A stretch of 63,222 nt of DNA, the filler included, from Hausera hauseri (Eukaryota), in NCBI GenBank assembly GCA_046269625.1. It is 12 parts of 12 records of this genome, joined end to end, with 100 filler letters (N's around TTAATTAATTAA, not from the genome) between each part and the next. Parts side by side here need not be neighbours in the genome. Positions count along the whole stretch, not along the records: positions 49,539 to 53,569 come from JBJURY010807309.1; positions 53,670 to 58,794 come from JBJURY010328050.1; positions 58,895 to 63,222 come from JBJURY010633107.1; 9 more parts are not named here. One strand, 5' to 3'. Of the stretch, positions 49,723 through 62,800 are shown in pieces. Under the pieces are notes generated by a model. The model worked only from the letters and a program-made list of their open reading frames with translations, did not search any database and was not told the DNA's origin. Position numbers and translations under genes: made by a program. Within the stretch, counting starts at the first letter, position 1, and every line of letters begins with the position of its first letter.

Positions 49723-51689
49723 GCCCACTGCCACCTCTTACAACCTAACCTAAGGCTGATGGCGTAGTACCCTGAGAAACTCATCCTGTGGAACACCCCT
49801 GCTGAAAAAAACATGGATGACACCTCCCTGTCTTACGTCACTATACTAAGGAAACGCACTGCGAAAGCTGATGATCGGAGGACACTCTGGTAAGCGACTG
49901 GTGAAGCCTGCCGAGGTTCCATGGAACCCAGGCCAGCTCTATACGGGAGGGGTCCGCCCCCATAAGAAGTCAGTGAAACCTCATAAGGGAGCACCCCAAC
50001 ATCTGTTACTAGGGGAGGCAAGTTACTTAGGAACCCCTTACTTTGGCAGCTTTAAGGCTCCCTACCCTGGGCAACCATGCTGGTGCAACACCTCCTCCTA
50101 ATACGCACTAAACCCTAGGACCCTAAGAAGGTAGTGGTGGTGATCCCCAATGAAGCACGACAGAAGTTAATTAGGAACCCTTTACTTAGGAACCCTAAGA
50201 AAATAAACAAAAACTACATTATCAAAAGGATGAAAATAAAAACACCATTTCTAACTACATAAATTCCTTATGGTTGGTGGGGGGAGTTTTTTGCTATTTG
50301 GCCATGTTCCTCCACCAACTCCTCCATCAGAAATACTTTCTTCTTTGTGGGCATTCCTCCACCAAAAAAATCGATACAAATACGCCTCGTTTTGCACATA
50401 TACTTACTACTGACGTCAGGAAATCTCGAGATTTTCATCGGGTATGAACAATGAATCAAGAAAGTCATACGGGAATCTTCTTCTTCTTCTACCACCACCA
50501 CCACTACTTTTACTACTAGTAATAATAATAATCATAATCATAATATCAATAATAATCCGGTGTTTACTCTGGGGAAGTAAAGCGACGAGGCGAATAAAGC
50601 ACGTGAAGACATCAGCACTTTATTCCTCTAGGAAACTGATTCTAAATGACTCTTTAAACTACCACCACCGCACAACCACGACAACAGCTGTTACTAATAC
50701 AAAATTTCTGTTAATTCTATTCGTGGAACATAGGATCTATAGGAACACCATTGATCTCTATTTCCAACGACCCAAGGTCGTCCTTGTCGACGACAAAACC
50801 AATGTGCTCATTTCTTTGTTGAGAGTCGATCTCCTTACGGTTTCATTGTAAATAATGTCTGATATGTTGTGGAAGTAATTGTCTGCCCTTGAAAGAAAGA
50901 GCATAACAAATATAATCACACCTTAGAAAGCAGGGAACGATTGCAACATACGCAGAAGCAAGACGGAAGTTGATAAACAAATAATGATGACGCAAAGAAA
51001 ATGAGAATACAAGGACACAAAGGAAGTGACGAAAACAATTCCAACGAGGCAGAATAATGATTGTCCAAAGACTTTGACACTGAATGCACGAGAAATAACG
51101 TATGACGGCAACGGAGAGCATATTGGTAAAAAGACAACTAGCAAAGTTGTGTTCTAAATTATTGTTCCCGGGACAGCCGCCGTTGGGCCTACTCATTATC
51201 GATTTAAAATTGTCACGGGATTTTTGACGTGAACGACAATAGGCATATACTCTAATGTCACAACCCAGAGGTCAGGGAAACTACCATTTGATCCAGAAGG
51301 AACAAAATCCCGAATACTACCAAAGAGATCTGTACTCTAGCACACTCTCTACCTCTTGGGGAAGGGGTATAACTATAAAACATATACAAAAAAATGTTCG
51401 CAAAGCAAGAAATGGCCGCCTACCATCCCATCACTTGACGCAATCTGTCATTGGGACCTGGCCATCTCCAACACTAAAACTGACGTCTATCGTTATTCGC
51501 CCCAGATCCTCTCAGGGCATTCTGTCAACAGATGAAAACACAGCATTACTGTCTGTCCAATGGCCCGAGACATCCACGTGGTCTCATGCGCGCGTTTACA
51601 ACACACAAACATTATTTTTAGTTTTCCGCCATCTGTGTTTAGTTCGGCTGAACTGTTTCATGTATGAAATGAAACGATGTTTTTATTAC

Positions 51690-53569
51690 TACAAGAAAAA
51701 AGCACGCATGAATGTCCATAGTAGCGACAACATGCGTTTCATGTATGTCATTGTATAAAAACTCGTAACGCACCAAAAGCATGCTTACCGTGTTTGGCTA
51801 TATAAAGGTCTGCAAAACTACTATGACTTCCAATATATTAAGTTCCAATCATCCACAAATGAAGTCAAAAAATTTGGAAAAGTCTAAAACATGTCCAAAA
51901 ACATCTTCGGATTGAATAAGGAGGACAAATCCTATCCCCTGAAGATATGTGATGTGGAATTGGAAGACCATAGTGATCTGCTCCTACTAGACGATGGAGA
52001 AAAGAAACATTATGTTTGGATCAAAGACTATGAACAGTTAGTCATATTACAAATTACGAAACATCATGGACAAACAGAAATGTGCAAACGATGATTTTTC
52101 TATTTTAGCGGCGATGTAGCAGTTTTAAAGCCTACAGAGCACAAGATGTACTGCAACAACAATTACTGTATCAGACCAGAATTTCTCCAGGAGGACTGCA
52201 CTGAACTTAAGGAGTTCAAGAAGAAGGTCAAGGTCCCAGTAGTTACCCATTGCGACTTTGAGGGAATTCTGCGTCCAGTTCAGAGTTGTAGCTCCAATCC
52301 CCAACACAGAAGCACAACGGCATACCAATATCATGAGCTCTCATCATATTACATGTATGCAAAGGACTAGACAGTGAATCATATCTATTCAGGGGTCCTG
52401 GCGCAGCAGTTTATTTCATGAAGCGACTTGCATACATGGCTCATAAGCTTGGTGATGTGTTGAAGTAGCATAAAGATAACATGAGCATGACGAAGAAACA
52501 CGACAAAGAATGTCGCAAGGCAACTGCATATTTCTTGTACGACAAGTACATCACTAAGGATAATCATTTTACAGGCACATGTCGAAACGCGGAATGTAAC
52601 AACTTCAATCTACTCTGCAGAACATGGATATATGTGCATGTAGTGTTCCACAACCTCAGTGTCTATGATTTCCACTTCATAGTCCGAGAATTGGGAAACA
52701 TTGAGGGGAACATTGGTGTAATTCCCAATAGTGAGGAGAAGTATGTCACATTTACAAAGCATGTTTGGAAAATCAGGCTGCGCTTCATAGAGAGCTTCCG
52801 TTTTATGTCCTCTTCACTTGATAGTTTAGTGAAAAACCTCCCTGCAGAAAAACTCAAGGAGACAAAGCGGTTCTTTCCCACTACATTTTACTTAGTCAAG
52901 AGGAAAGGTTTGTTTCCCGTTTACTATATAACGTCATGGAGAACACTGGATGAGATAATATTGCCAGCCAGAAAGGACTTTTAAAATAACCCTTCAGATA
53001 GCGATATCATAGATAAGGACTATCAGCGTGCTCAAAATATCTGGCATGCATTTCAATGACGAACATTAAGGGAATACAACGATATATACCTCAAGAGGGA
53101 CGTGTTCTACTGATGGGTGTTTTTAAGAGTTTCAGGGATGTTACGATGAACAGCCGTGTATTGGATACAGCTAATTTTTTACGGCTCCAGGATGAGTGGG
53201 ACAGCAATACTGCGCTATACAGGTATTAGGCTGCAGATTATAAAGGATTACGACATGATCCTCATGATCGAGAGAGGCACTAGAGGCGGAATATTTAAGA
53301 CCATTCACCGGTATAGCGAGCCCAATAACAAATATATGGACGAATACGACTCAACAAAGGCATCCTCATATATATCGTACCTAGATTCCAGCAACCTATA
53401 TGGTTGAGAAATGAGTGCCCCATTGCCACATGATGACTTCATGTCATCCTGAAAAGATCCCTATACTGGACCTAAATCCCAGTGGAGATACGGGCTACAT
53501 ACTGGAGGTGGATATCACACAAGGCATGAACAGTCGCCTTTCCTCCACGAAAGCAAGCCTCCGCTCCAT
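51690..53569 (+). mobile_element. Polinton/Maverick-type pPolB, heavily degenerate, close relative of 59846-63222
   Basis: HYVWIKD; CDFEGIL; FHNLSVYDFHFI; IPNSEEKYVTF; RFIESFRFMSSSLDSLVKNL; RKGLFP; GTRGG; YLDSSNLYG; GYILEVD. Confidence 0.9.
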
Positions 53570-53669
53570 NNNNNNNNNNNNNNNNNNNNNNNNNNNNNNN
53601 NNNNNNNNNNNNNTTAATTAATTAANNNNNNNNNNNNNNNNNNNNNNNNNNNNNNNNNNNNNNNNNNNN

Positions 53670-54039
53670 AATTAGGCTGGTTTGAACGTTCTTTATCATT
53701 CGTGTCAAAATTGCCAAGTATAAATCGTCTAAACCATTCCTTACTAGTTGTTTCCGATAGAGCAAGTTTTTTATAACCTTCAACAAGCATTTTATGAGAT
53801 TCGGCAGCAGTTTTCTTCAAAAGTAAAGCTTCACGCAAATGCTGCTTGTTCGGTTAAAATTCAGACATTTTCTTCGCAATAAAAACTATGTTGCTGTCAC
53901 AAACACAAAATGTTATATATTGAATATTATTGACAAAAGTCAAAAGTACAAATGATGCCTTATTTAAACATAACATTTGACTATTGTCAAAGTTACAGCT
54001 GTTTATTGCTAGTAGGCGAGTTTTAAGTTACAGACCTAA
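53670..54039 (-). mobile_element. Mariner (Mos1-like) 5' end: TIR and transposase HTH N-terminus
   Basis: TA-flanked TTAGGTCTGTAACTTAAAACTCGCC TIR; ATG at 53868, MSEF*PNKQHLREALLLKKTAAESHKMLVEGY...EWFRRFILGNFDTNDKERS. Confidence 0.88.
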
Positions 54040-54087
54040 TACATAAAATTATGGTGTAATGAATATGAATAATGAATATATCCATGC

Positions 54088-54476
54088 AGTGGTGTAGCAA
54101 GGGTGATGCGGCAGGTGCCAGCCGCACCAGGCATCAGACAGCAAGGGGCAGCAAAATGTTGCAAAATTTTGATGCATTGGTATAAAAATCTGTTTATGTT
54201 TTAGTAAAACTTGTAAGGGAGTTGGATAAGCTTATCTAATTTTGCAATTTTACCCATTGAACAAGAGTTGGTGAAGAAAAATTGATTTCTACAAAATCAA
54301 TGACTGTTTTGCCAGAAAGAAAGCTCGTAAAAATCCCCTTCGTTACGCAACAAATAAATGATTATATGATAACAAACTTCCGTTTCTTTGTTTTATTTCG
54401 TTTTTTCAACGTAACTATCTAATTTTTTTTTGGATCTTAAGGCGCATTTGGGGTTTTGTGCAATGAGTGGCACTGA
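54088..54476 (+). mobile_element. Internally deleted hAT (Tip100/ZMYM1-like) element
   Basis: CAGTGGTGTAGC terminus; remnant LSNFAILPIEQELVKK/IDF...FARKKARK dimerisation-domain tail at ~54230-54335; 3' boundary uncertain. Confidence 0.6.
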
Positions 54477-54669
54477 TATCGAAAATCAAATCAGATTTCT
54501 TGTCTATTAATCGCAAAACCCCCTTTTTGCGAGCAAAAAAGTAACAAACATGGTAAACATGAGACGTTTTTTTCAAATACTGAACAGAAGATATACAACA
54601 TAGTAAACAGTTTGAGTTGCAACCAACGACAGTCTTACTTTTAAATAACAGTCTCGTTTCGTTTCAAAT

Positions 54670-55790
54670 GATTGAATCAGCTCGGTGACTTAATTCGAGC
54701 TCGAATATATCCGTCTCTGGCCTCCATTCCGTATACCACAGCGTACGCCTCGGTCACCATTCGAATACACCTCTCAACTCCAAAGATAGAGCATCATCAG
54801 TGATTCTTTCCAATTCGTCGACAGATGTGTGCATCGTAAGTGGTGGTTCCGATGTACAAATGTTTATTGGCGGCTACAAGTCCATCAGATTCTTTGCGGT
54901 TTCTTTGATATTTGGTGTTGCAAACAGTCGAACATTTTTTGATTCAGATTGATCACGTGGTTTTCATTGTTGTATCGACTTTATTATTGAAATTGCATCT
55001 TTTCTGTTTGTTCTATCTGTGTCCCCAAGCATTGCAAGCAAAACATGTTCCTGGTTACCCCAATATGTACCCTGTTCGACACGCCATATCTATCAGCTTC
55101 TCGGGCAACATTTGCAATTGAAATCATATTTCGATCCTTCAGCGTGCACGTTCCTTCCACTTTCCATTCTTCGTCGTTTTCAAAATTGCCATCAGATTCC
55201 ATTTGTAGTGCTTCATCGTTACCAACAGGTGATGTAGATTTCATATCAGTCGCGATCCCAGTTTTCCGCTTCTTTTAGTGATCTTATCTTTCTTTAAATA
55301 TGTCATCTCTTGCGTTATTTCGTTTCATTTGTGCTGTTACTGCATGGTCTACTCCACCAATTGCCATTTTCCGAGTCGTTTGTTGATCCATGAGAAACCG
55401 CCGTACTCGTTCAGGAACTCTGACCTCTTTCTCACAACGGCACGCTTGCAGGTCATGACATTGGCAAGCAGAAATGTCAAACAATTGTTTCAGGGAAACA
55501 GCAAACTGTTTTGTTTTTACAGCATCCTTTGCATGTTTCGTCGCTTTCGATCCTTCATCCATTATTCAATGATGTTTCTTTTTAACAGTTTTAGTGATTG
55601 TGTTGGAGTTCTAGCTCGAATCCATAAATTGACGATGGCCTGTGAAAGTTCGGGAAATGTGTCCTTGTTCGTTTGGTATTTACTTTCTTTCAAAAATAAC
55701 AAATGTCTCGCTACTTATTGGCGAGCTGGTAATTCCGATTGTGGAAGATTCATTAAAATACTTCCAAATATGCTGTGACTTTGTGATGAT
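54670..55790 (-). mobile_element. Degenerate, internally deleted DNA transposase (hATm-like)
   Basis: LFDISACQC...FLMDQQTTRKMAIGGVD; AREADRYGVSNR; C-terminal VERCIRMVTEA...RDGYIRARI. Confidence 0.6.
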
Positions 55791-56230
55791 CTGGTTTTTA
55801 AGCACTGCATCCTAGATACCAACGAAACTGATGAATGGCAAAACGCACGTATGGTAATCTGCAAAATTCCAAAAATGTCCAAATGTAGAAGAATGACGAA
55901 TGACCATGGAACAAATAATTCCAAATTTAGAAGAATGACGATGGAACAATTTATTCAGTACAGAACACTATGCTAGATCGCCGTTTTAACTTTAACGTTT
56001 AAAATTTAAAAGCTGTTAAACAATCAATATTGCTAAAATTCAAACTTTGTTGAAGTACAAAGTATTACTCTTAGACGATGGCCAATGAATATTCTGAAAT
56101 AACAATCCACAACTTGCACTGTTTACATCCAGAGTAATCAAATTCATTTAAATATGGGTTTTTTAAAACAAGAATGTGATTAGGTCTATTCATGGTCTTA
56201 CCCACTGAAGAATTGAAATCGGTATTCTGC

Positions 56231-56800
56231 TTAATGATATCTGAGTCCAATCCGAACAAAATCGACATTCGAATTAGCCTGAAAGTTGTTAAACATTATA
56301 TGTCCGATTGGATTATTACAACGACTGGTATGTTGATATGGTACAGTCGAAAAGATCTGAGATTTAAGCGAATTGATAGAATTCGTAGTAGATAAACGAG
56401 ATTCTGAAAGATCATCCTGGGTTGAATCAACTACAAATGCACTGTGAGTGCTTTTGTTTGGCAGGACTGAATTGAGATCGGTGATTTCCACAATCGGTGG
56501 AGTTGAAAGTTCATCACGAACATAGTTGGAATTTGCGCTTGGATCAGGTTGAGAAACCTTTCCGATCAATTCGGATACGAATGACGTGTGACTTGTTGGC
56601 TGATTTAGAACATCAAAAAAGTCTTCTCGAGGTGTCGAAGACACATCAACTATCGCTTGGTTATCAGTTTGAGAATAATTTACGTCGCCATGAGGCTCAT
56701 ACTGATTGGACCTTCCAGTTAAGCGATTATTACATGTCTGAATATTGGTATGAGGAAAACCATATGCTTCCGAACGACTTTGTGGATTACAACAATTCAT
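56231..56800 (-). CDS. Hypothetical S/T/N-rich protein fragment
   Basis: 189-aa ORF; no domain recognised. Confidence 0.3.
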   Translation of the reverse strand: MNCCNPQSRSEAYGFPHTNIQTCNNRLTGRSNQYEPHGDVNYSQTDNQAIVDVSSTPREDFFDVLNQPTSHTSFVSELIGKVSQPDPSANSNYVRDELSTPPIVEITDLNSVLPNKSTHSAFVVDSTQDDLSESRLSTTNSINSLKSQIFSTVPYQHTSRCNNPIGHIMFNNFQANSNVDFVRIGLRYH

Positions 56801-56888
56801 TAAATTTTGTTCTCTGGTATAAAATTTATTTACATAACAAAATCCGACATTTCTCTGGCTAATATATTCTCTTTTTAATTGTTTAAAG

Positions 56889-57687
56889 TGTTATATTTTG
56901 GGGTGGCCCTTAACGATATCCCGCTATATAACAGTGGTTTACTCTTGAAGTTAGTCTCTTATGCAGATTCGATTTAACGTTCTCGTTAAACGAATGTGCC
57001 AATGTGTATTAATTTTTAAAAGAAAAATCTGCGTGTACTGCTTGTCGTGTCCTGTGCAACGGTTAAATAACGTTCTCGTGCTTATAAGAGTTTAAGTAAA
57101 TTTTATTTCTTACTGTCGTCAAATCAGCCTTAAGGGCCGATGGAAACTATAGTGGGAATTTAGAAAAGAATCAATAAATATACCAATGTAATAGCCAACA
57201 CAAAGGATCACAGCGATTGATGAATGTCTTTAGTACTGTTGAATATCACTGAATGAATCACTGAGAATCTTCGCAACACCAGTCAACTCTATAGTCAACG
57301 AATATTTGGCTGTTCGACACTACAGTCGAGGAAAACTTTTCGCAAATAAGTTTCAAATCGCAGGTTTAACCGACACTATAGTCGATAAAAATTTGTTCTC
57401 TTTTCTCTCATTTGGTCTCGTATTTATAGTTCAACGCAGGTGCTTTTTCAATTTATTTTTCATTATCGGTATTTATTTTGCAATTTCCGCGATTTCGAAA
57501 CATTGTTTATCTTTTGATTAAAATGCACTGCATTATATGACTGTAAATATTCGCGTAATTTTTCTAATTGTGAACTATTTACAATGAATCAATTTTGAAT
57601 TATATGTACACAATCAACTCGAGCCAACAACAATTTAGTTTCTCTCTCAGTCGATTCGAGTTGAATTGGAATTAGTTTTTCACAACA
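56889..57687 (-). repeat. 3' LTR (~799 bp) of the RING element, copy 2
   Basis: PPT cagggaggagaga then TGTTGTG at 57687; ends ...AATATAACA at 56889 with no PBS after it; homologous to 17359-17640. Confidence 0.8.
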
Positions 57688-58794
57688 TCTCTCCTCCCTG
57701 AACGACATCCTCGGATGTGCCTATTGCGTCAGGAGAGGTGGCGCCCAATGGTCTCGTTCCTCTTAACTGGTTCATTTTCTCGTGTAAGTCCAATAGGGAG
57801 TCCGATCTAGCTTGACTTGTTGAAGGTCTTGGTTCAATGTCATAACTGTAATGGGGTTGTATTCTAACCATTCGAGTGTAGCTCCCGTTAGAGTAATATT
57901 TTATCTCGGTGGCCTCCGCACGACATACCGGGCACGTGGTTTTCCCATTGTTTAGGGTCCATTTCTCCAAGCAATCTCTGCAATACTTGTGACGGCAGTT
58001 CTTATTATCTAGTATTACGTATCCCTGTTGTAGATTGGCTTCGCATACAGGGCATTCATTTTCTTCTTTACCCCAATCGTCTCGATCTAAATTGACTTGA
58101 ATGGTTAACTCGATTGGTTCAAAGGTGATTCCGTCGCCGTCTTGATATAGGTATCCGTGGATTATTTTCTGTTTGGGATTCACTGAACTTTTCCGCGGAT
58201 CGCAATCTACTTGGATTAACGTCCAATCCGCCATAAATTCTTGATCTAAATCGGGAATCTGTCCTTCTACCTTATATTTTTGATATTGTTTCTTTAGCAA
58301 AATCCTAATCTGTTTGTCTACGGGAACTATTATTTTTTCTGTTCTTTTGGAGCGAAATACTGATGTGAGGTATTTTCCGAGTTTGGGGTTTTCCCAAATG
58401 TACGTGTTTTCAAAGACTTCTCTTGCTGGTGTCATCTTCACATAGAATACCGCTTCCTTGATCATCTTTTTACTATAATATTCTCTAGTTACTAGCATTT
58501 TGGGCAAGTCTTGAACTGTTTTATAATGTACCTCTCCTTTGTCCTTCCTTTTGATTAAGGAGTTAATTTCAGTTATTATGGGGCTTTTAGATTTCTTTTC
58601 GACCGAACTTATATTCCTTGATGTACTTGGCCTGTCATGTTGTCTTCCTATTTCTTGTTCTGGGTTTATCTTCCCTTTCTTAAATAAATAGTCATAAATA
58701 GACAAGGTTCTTTTGGGTTTGGGTTGTTCTTCTAACTTAGGTTTCTTAATTAAAATTTCCGTTTTGGGCTCGTCTCGTTTCTTTGTAATCCTTG
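57680..58794 (-). CDS. Intact C3HC4 RING-finger ORF of the LTR element (open to contig edge, >=370 aa)
   Basis: CPVC-x15-CRHKYCRDC-LEKW-x8-CPVCR; no stop up to 58794; the stop codon lies inside the first bases of the LTR. Confidence 0.9.
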
Positions 58795-59127
58795 NNNNNN
58801 NNNNNNNNNNNNNNNNNNNNNNNNNNNNNNNNNNNNNNTTAATTAATTAANNNNNNNNNNNNNNNNNNNNNNNNNNNNNNNNNNNNNNNNNNNNCCTTGA
58901 TATGTGGTGTGCAGTGCAAAAACATGTGTTCAAGTGTGCAAAAATCAATAATATCGAATTTCCGATATTTAAAATATAGATGATTAGCACTCAACCCCAG
59001 GTGCATTCGAACACAAACATAGTGTAATATGCGAATGTGCAGTTAGAATTTAATTTTATTGATTAGTTATCGATTAACATCGATCCAAAGTGCAAATTAG
59101 CCAAATTTTCCAAAGGTTTTTTAGGCC

Positions 59128-59550
59128 TTAGAGCGGGGACAGATAGGAAATCGACTATGGCGAACTCGAATCTCGAGTTGAAAATTCGAAATTCAAATTT
59201 TTCAAGTTCGAAAATAAAAGTTCGAACTATTCGAAAAATCTAACGGCGGGAATCGATTCCTTGTATTCGAAAACCCCCATGTGCATAAAAATTATAATAT
59301 GAAAATGTACTATATATATATAATCAATAGTTCGAATTAAGTAAAATGTACATTTGAAGAGTAATAAAGCAAAAATCGATAAATCGAATAGCGGGGTTGG
59401 ATAGGAAAGTATATATTCCGAATCGGAATATGGCATTAGGTATTCGTATTCTAGCTTACAAGTCGAATAATTAACTATTTGAACACGAATACTCGATCAA
59501 GCGAGTATTGTTCAAAGAATATAATGACGTCATTCGATTTCCCACATATA
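59128..59550. repeat. TCGA/TTCGAA-dense segment, possible decayed MITE
   Basis: Very high local density of tcga/ttcgaa/cgaat motifs; weak terminal symmetry (ggaaatcga ... tcgatttcc). Confidence 0.35.
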
Positions 59551-59845
59551 AAAACCTATTAACCAATTAAAATGTGTTTTGTTTTAATGCATCAGTTATA
59601 TACATAAACGTAGACAGCACGTGTTGATATGGTTATATCTTTCATAATTTCAAAATTGTGCTGTCAAATTTACAAATGCATTAAAACAAAATGATCTAGA
59701 ATATTCACAAATGATATGTATTGCCGGAATTACCCTCCTATATATTTCGTTACATGTATGTATTCTTTTACTGCATCAATATCATATATTAGACATATAT
59801 ATTAGGCATTTAGAATACAAATTCAAATCCACAAAATCTATCAAA

Positions 59846-62800
59846 ATGATCAATACAAAACTCTTAAAAGCAGTTAATGCCTTACAAAGTGGATCGGACA
59901 ATTCAAAAGCAGGAGGATCCAGATCAGATGCTGTGCAAGGAAATAATGCACAAGGATTTAATGCCCAATTCCATGCAGCGCACGGATATAATGCGCAATC
60001 CGTTGATATCAAGTACTACAGTTATACTTTCAATAGAACTGTGTACTATGTATGCCCCAGATGTGATACGATATGCAGAACGCATGAAGAATTTCAAGAA
60101 GATCATGCCCACCACCTAAAATATTTTTGCAGCAAAATCTAAGAATCAGATATTCCATTCAAATATGCCATCTGTACATAATGCTGAAAAACCGAATACT
60201 CAAAGATGTCCAACATACATCTACTGCACATCAGCAGCACATAATCCGGAGGATTTCCACAGAGTGATGCGACAATATTATTGGCAGAAATACTATGGAC
60301 TGGACTATTACATCTGTCCAGTATGGGAGACTGTGACCGGCGCTGAATACGCACAGTTCTACACAAACCATATAGTCCACCTTGCTGACTTCCGGACCAA
60401 ATCAAAGAGGTCTATATTCACCTCATGTTGTAGAAGATGTTCCCGCAGATATTCCAGCAGATTTTCCCGCAGATTTTCCAGCATATTTTCCCGCAGATGT
60501 TCCAGCAGCTGTCTCCGCATCAACAACATCAGCGTTGCGCATTGGATCTCGGGTGCAACATATGGATCCATCTGCAAAGCGCAAGAATCAAAGTGCTGCG
60601 ACAGCCACTAATGCCCCAACTAAAAGTCAGAAGCAGCGGCCCGTTGATTCCTCTGCACTAGGAGATTAGGTCCGCAAATATATAATTGATGCAACACGTC
60701 AATCAACCCTCAATGAATTCTTGGACTATGCAGCAAATGAAAGTATGGGAATCATCCAGGACAATTTGGTGAAACTCAAGGCCTTTTAAGTCAGCCTTAA
60801 GTTAGAGGCAGAATACAGTAATGTCGATGGCGAAATATCAGATCGGGCCTTCAAGACGAAGAATGGGCCGATAATTCAGTCTACCAACATTCAGGAATGG
60901 ATCAATGAGGAATATACAAAACTTCTCCATGAAGCTGAGAAGAGCCAGGATAAGGGGAACGGCTGGGCTCTCTCATCAGTCAAGCGATTGCTGATTCATG
61001 TACACAAGTACAGCCCGATGAGAGGTAGCTCCTACATATAGCTCCCAGAGTGGATCCGCAAGAATGTGCACAATCAGGACAACATGTGCTTTAAATATGC
61101 CATCTTATCGAAACTCATAGCAGATGAACATAATGCCTCGCGGGTTTGGTTGTACAATGACCTACGTCATATCTATGATTTTAATTGCATCACGTTTCCA
61201 CCAACTTTGGAGGAAATCAAGAAATTTGCACTTGTAAACCATATGTCCATTAATATATTTGCAGTGGACGAAACAAATAGATTCTATCCTCTAAACGTGT
61301 GTGAAATGGAACGTGATGATCATAGGGATCTTCTCATGATAGACGATGGTGATAAGAGCCACTACGTATGGATAAAGAATTTCAAACGCCTCGTCAGATC
61401 CCAAATTACAAAAAATCATGGAGGAATTACAATATGCAAACGCTGTTTGTCACATTTTAGCGGCGAAGGTGCTGAGGAAAAGCTCAAGGAACATAGAATT
61501 TACCGCAATAAAAACTATTGCATCCGGACTGAATTTCCTAAGGAAGATTATATCGACTTCCAGGAGTACGGAAAGATGTACAAAGTGCCAGTAGTTATAA
61601 ACTGCGACTTTGAAGCGATCCTCAGACCAGTGCACAGTTGTAGTCCCAATCCTAAATGGGTAGCACAACGGAATACCAGTAGCACAAGTTATCATCATAC
61701 TGTATGTATGCCAAAGGACTCGATGCGGAGCAATACTTATTCAGGGGTCCAAATGCAGTGACACACTTCATAAAGCGATTGGAGGATGTGGTCTACAGAA
61801 TTGAAAAGATTCGACAGAAGCATAAAGAAACAAATGTGATGTTGTCATCAGAGAAGCGAGATTTGCATATGGCAACATCATGCTACCTGTGCAAATGCCC
61901 ATTTACGATGGAGAACAGGAAGGTAAGGGATCGTTTCAATGTAACCGGCAAATACAGAGGCGCAGCTTGCAACAATTGCAACCTGCGCTGTAAAATTTGT
62001 TAACATGTCCCCATCATATTCCACAATCTCAGTGGATATGACTCCCATTTTATTATTCTTGAATTGGGCAACATTAAGAGTGGCATTCAGGTCATCCTGA
62101 ATAGTGAAGAGAAATATATCTCCTTCACTAAATATATGGGCCACACCAGACTTAGATTTATCGACAGTTATCGTTTTATAGCATCGTCACTGGACAGCTT
62201 GGTCAAAAATCTACCAGAAGAGTTGAAGGAAACAAAGAAGTTCTTCCCAACAACGTTCGATTTAGTAAAACGGAAGGGTGTTTTCCCCTATGTTTACATA
62301 ACTTTATGGGGATCGTTGGACAAGACAACACTTCCAGCTAAGAAGGACTTTTACAGCCAGGTGTCAGACACAGATATCATTCATAATGATTATGAACACG
62401 CACAGTGAGTCTGGAAGACATTGGAGATTATAGCGATGTATATCTCCAAACAGACGTCCTGCTGCTCACACGTCTTCGAGAGGTTCAGAGACTTCACACT
62501 TGCGAGTCACAAGCTGGATCTGGCTCATTTCTTTACTGCCCCTGGAATGAGTTGGGCAGCAATGCTCAGATATACGGATGTCCGGTTGCAGATCCTAAAG
62601 GACTATAACATGGTCCTCATGATCGAGCGAGGAATCAGGGGATGAATTTGTCAGGCCTTTTACAGATATAGTGACACCAACAACATTTATATAACAGAAT
62701 ATTATGCATTGAAACCATCACAATACGTCACATACCTAGATGCCAACAACCTATATGGTTTGGCAATGAGTAACCCATTACCATACGGCAAATTTCAATG

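Noticed and set aside
49850-49905. Hammerhead ribozyme-like CTGATGA plus short stem
   Set aside because: The stem is followed by TAAG rather than the required GAAA, and stems I/III are not evident.
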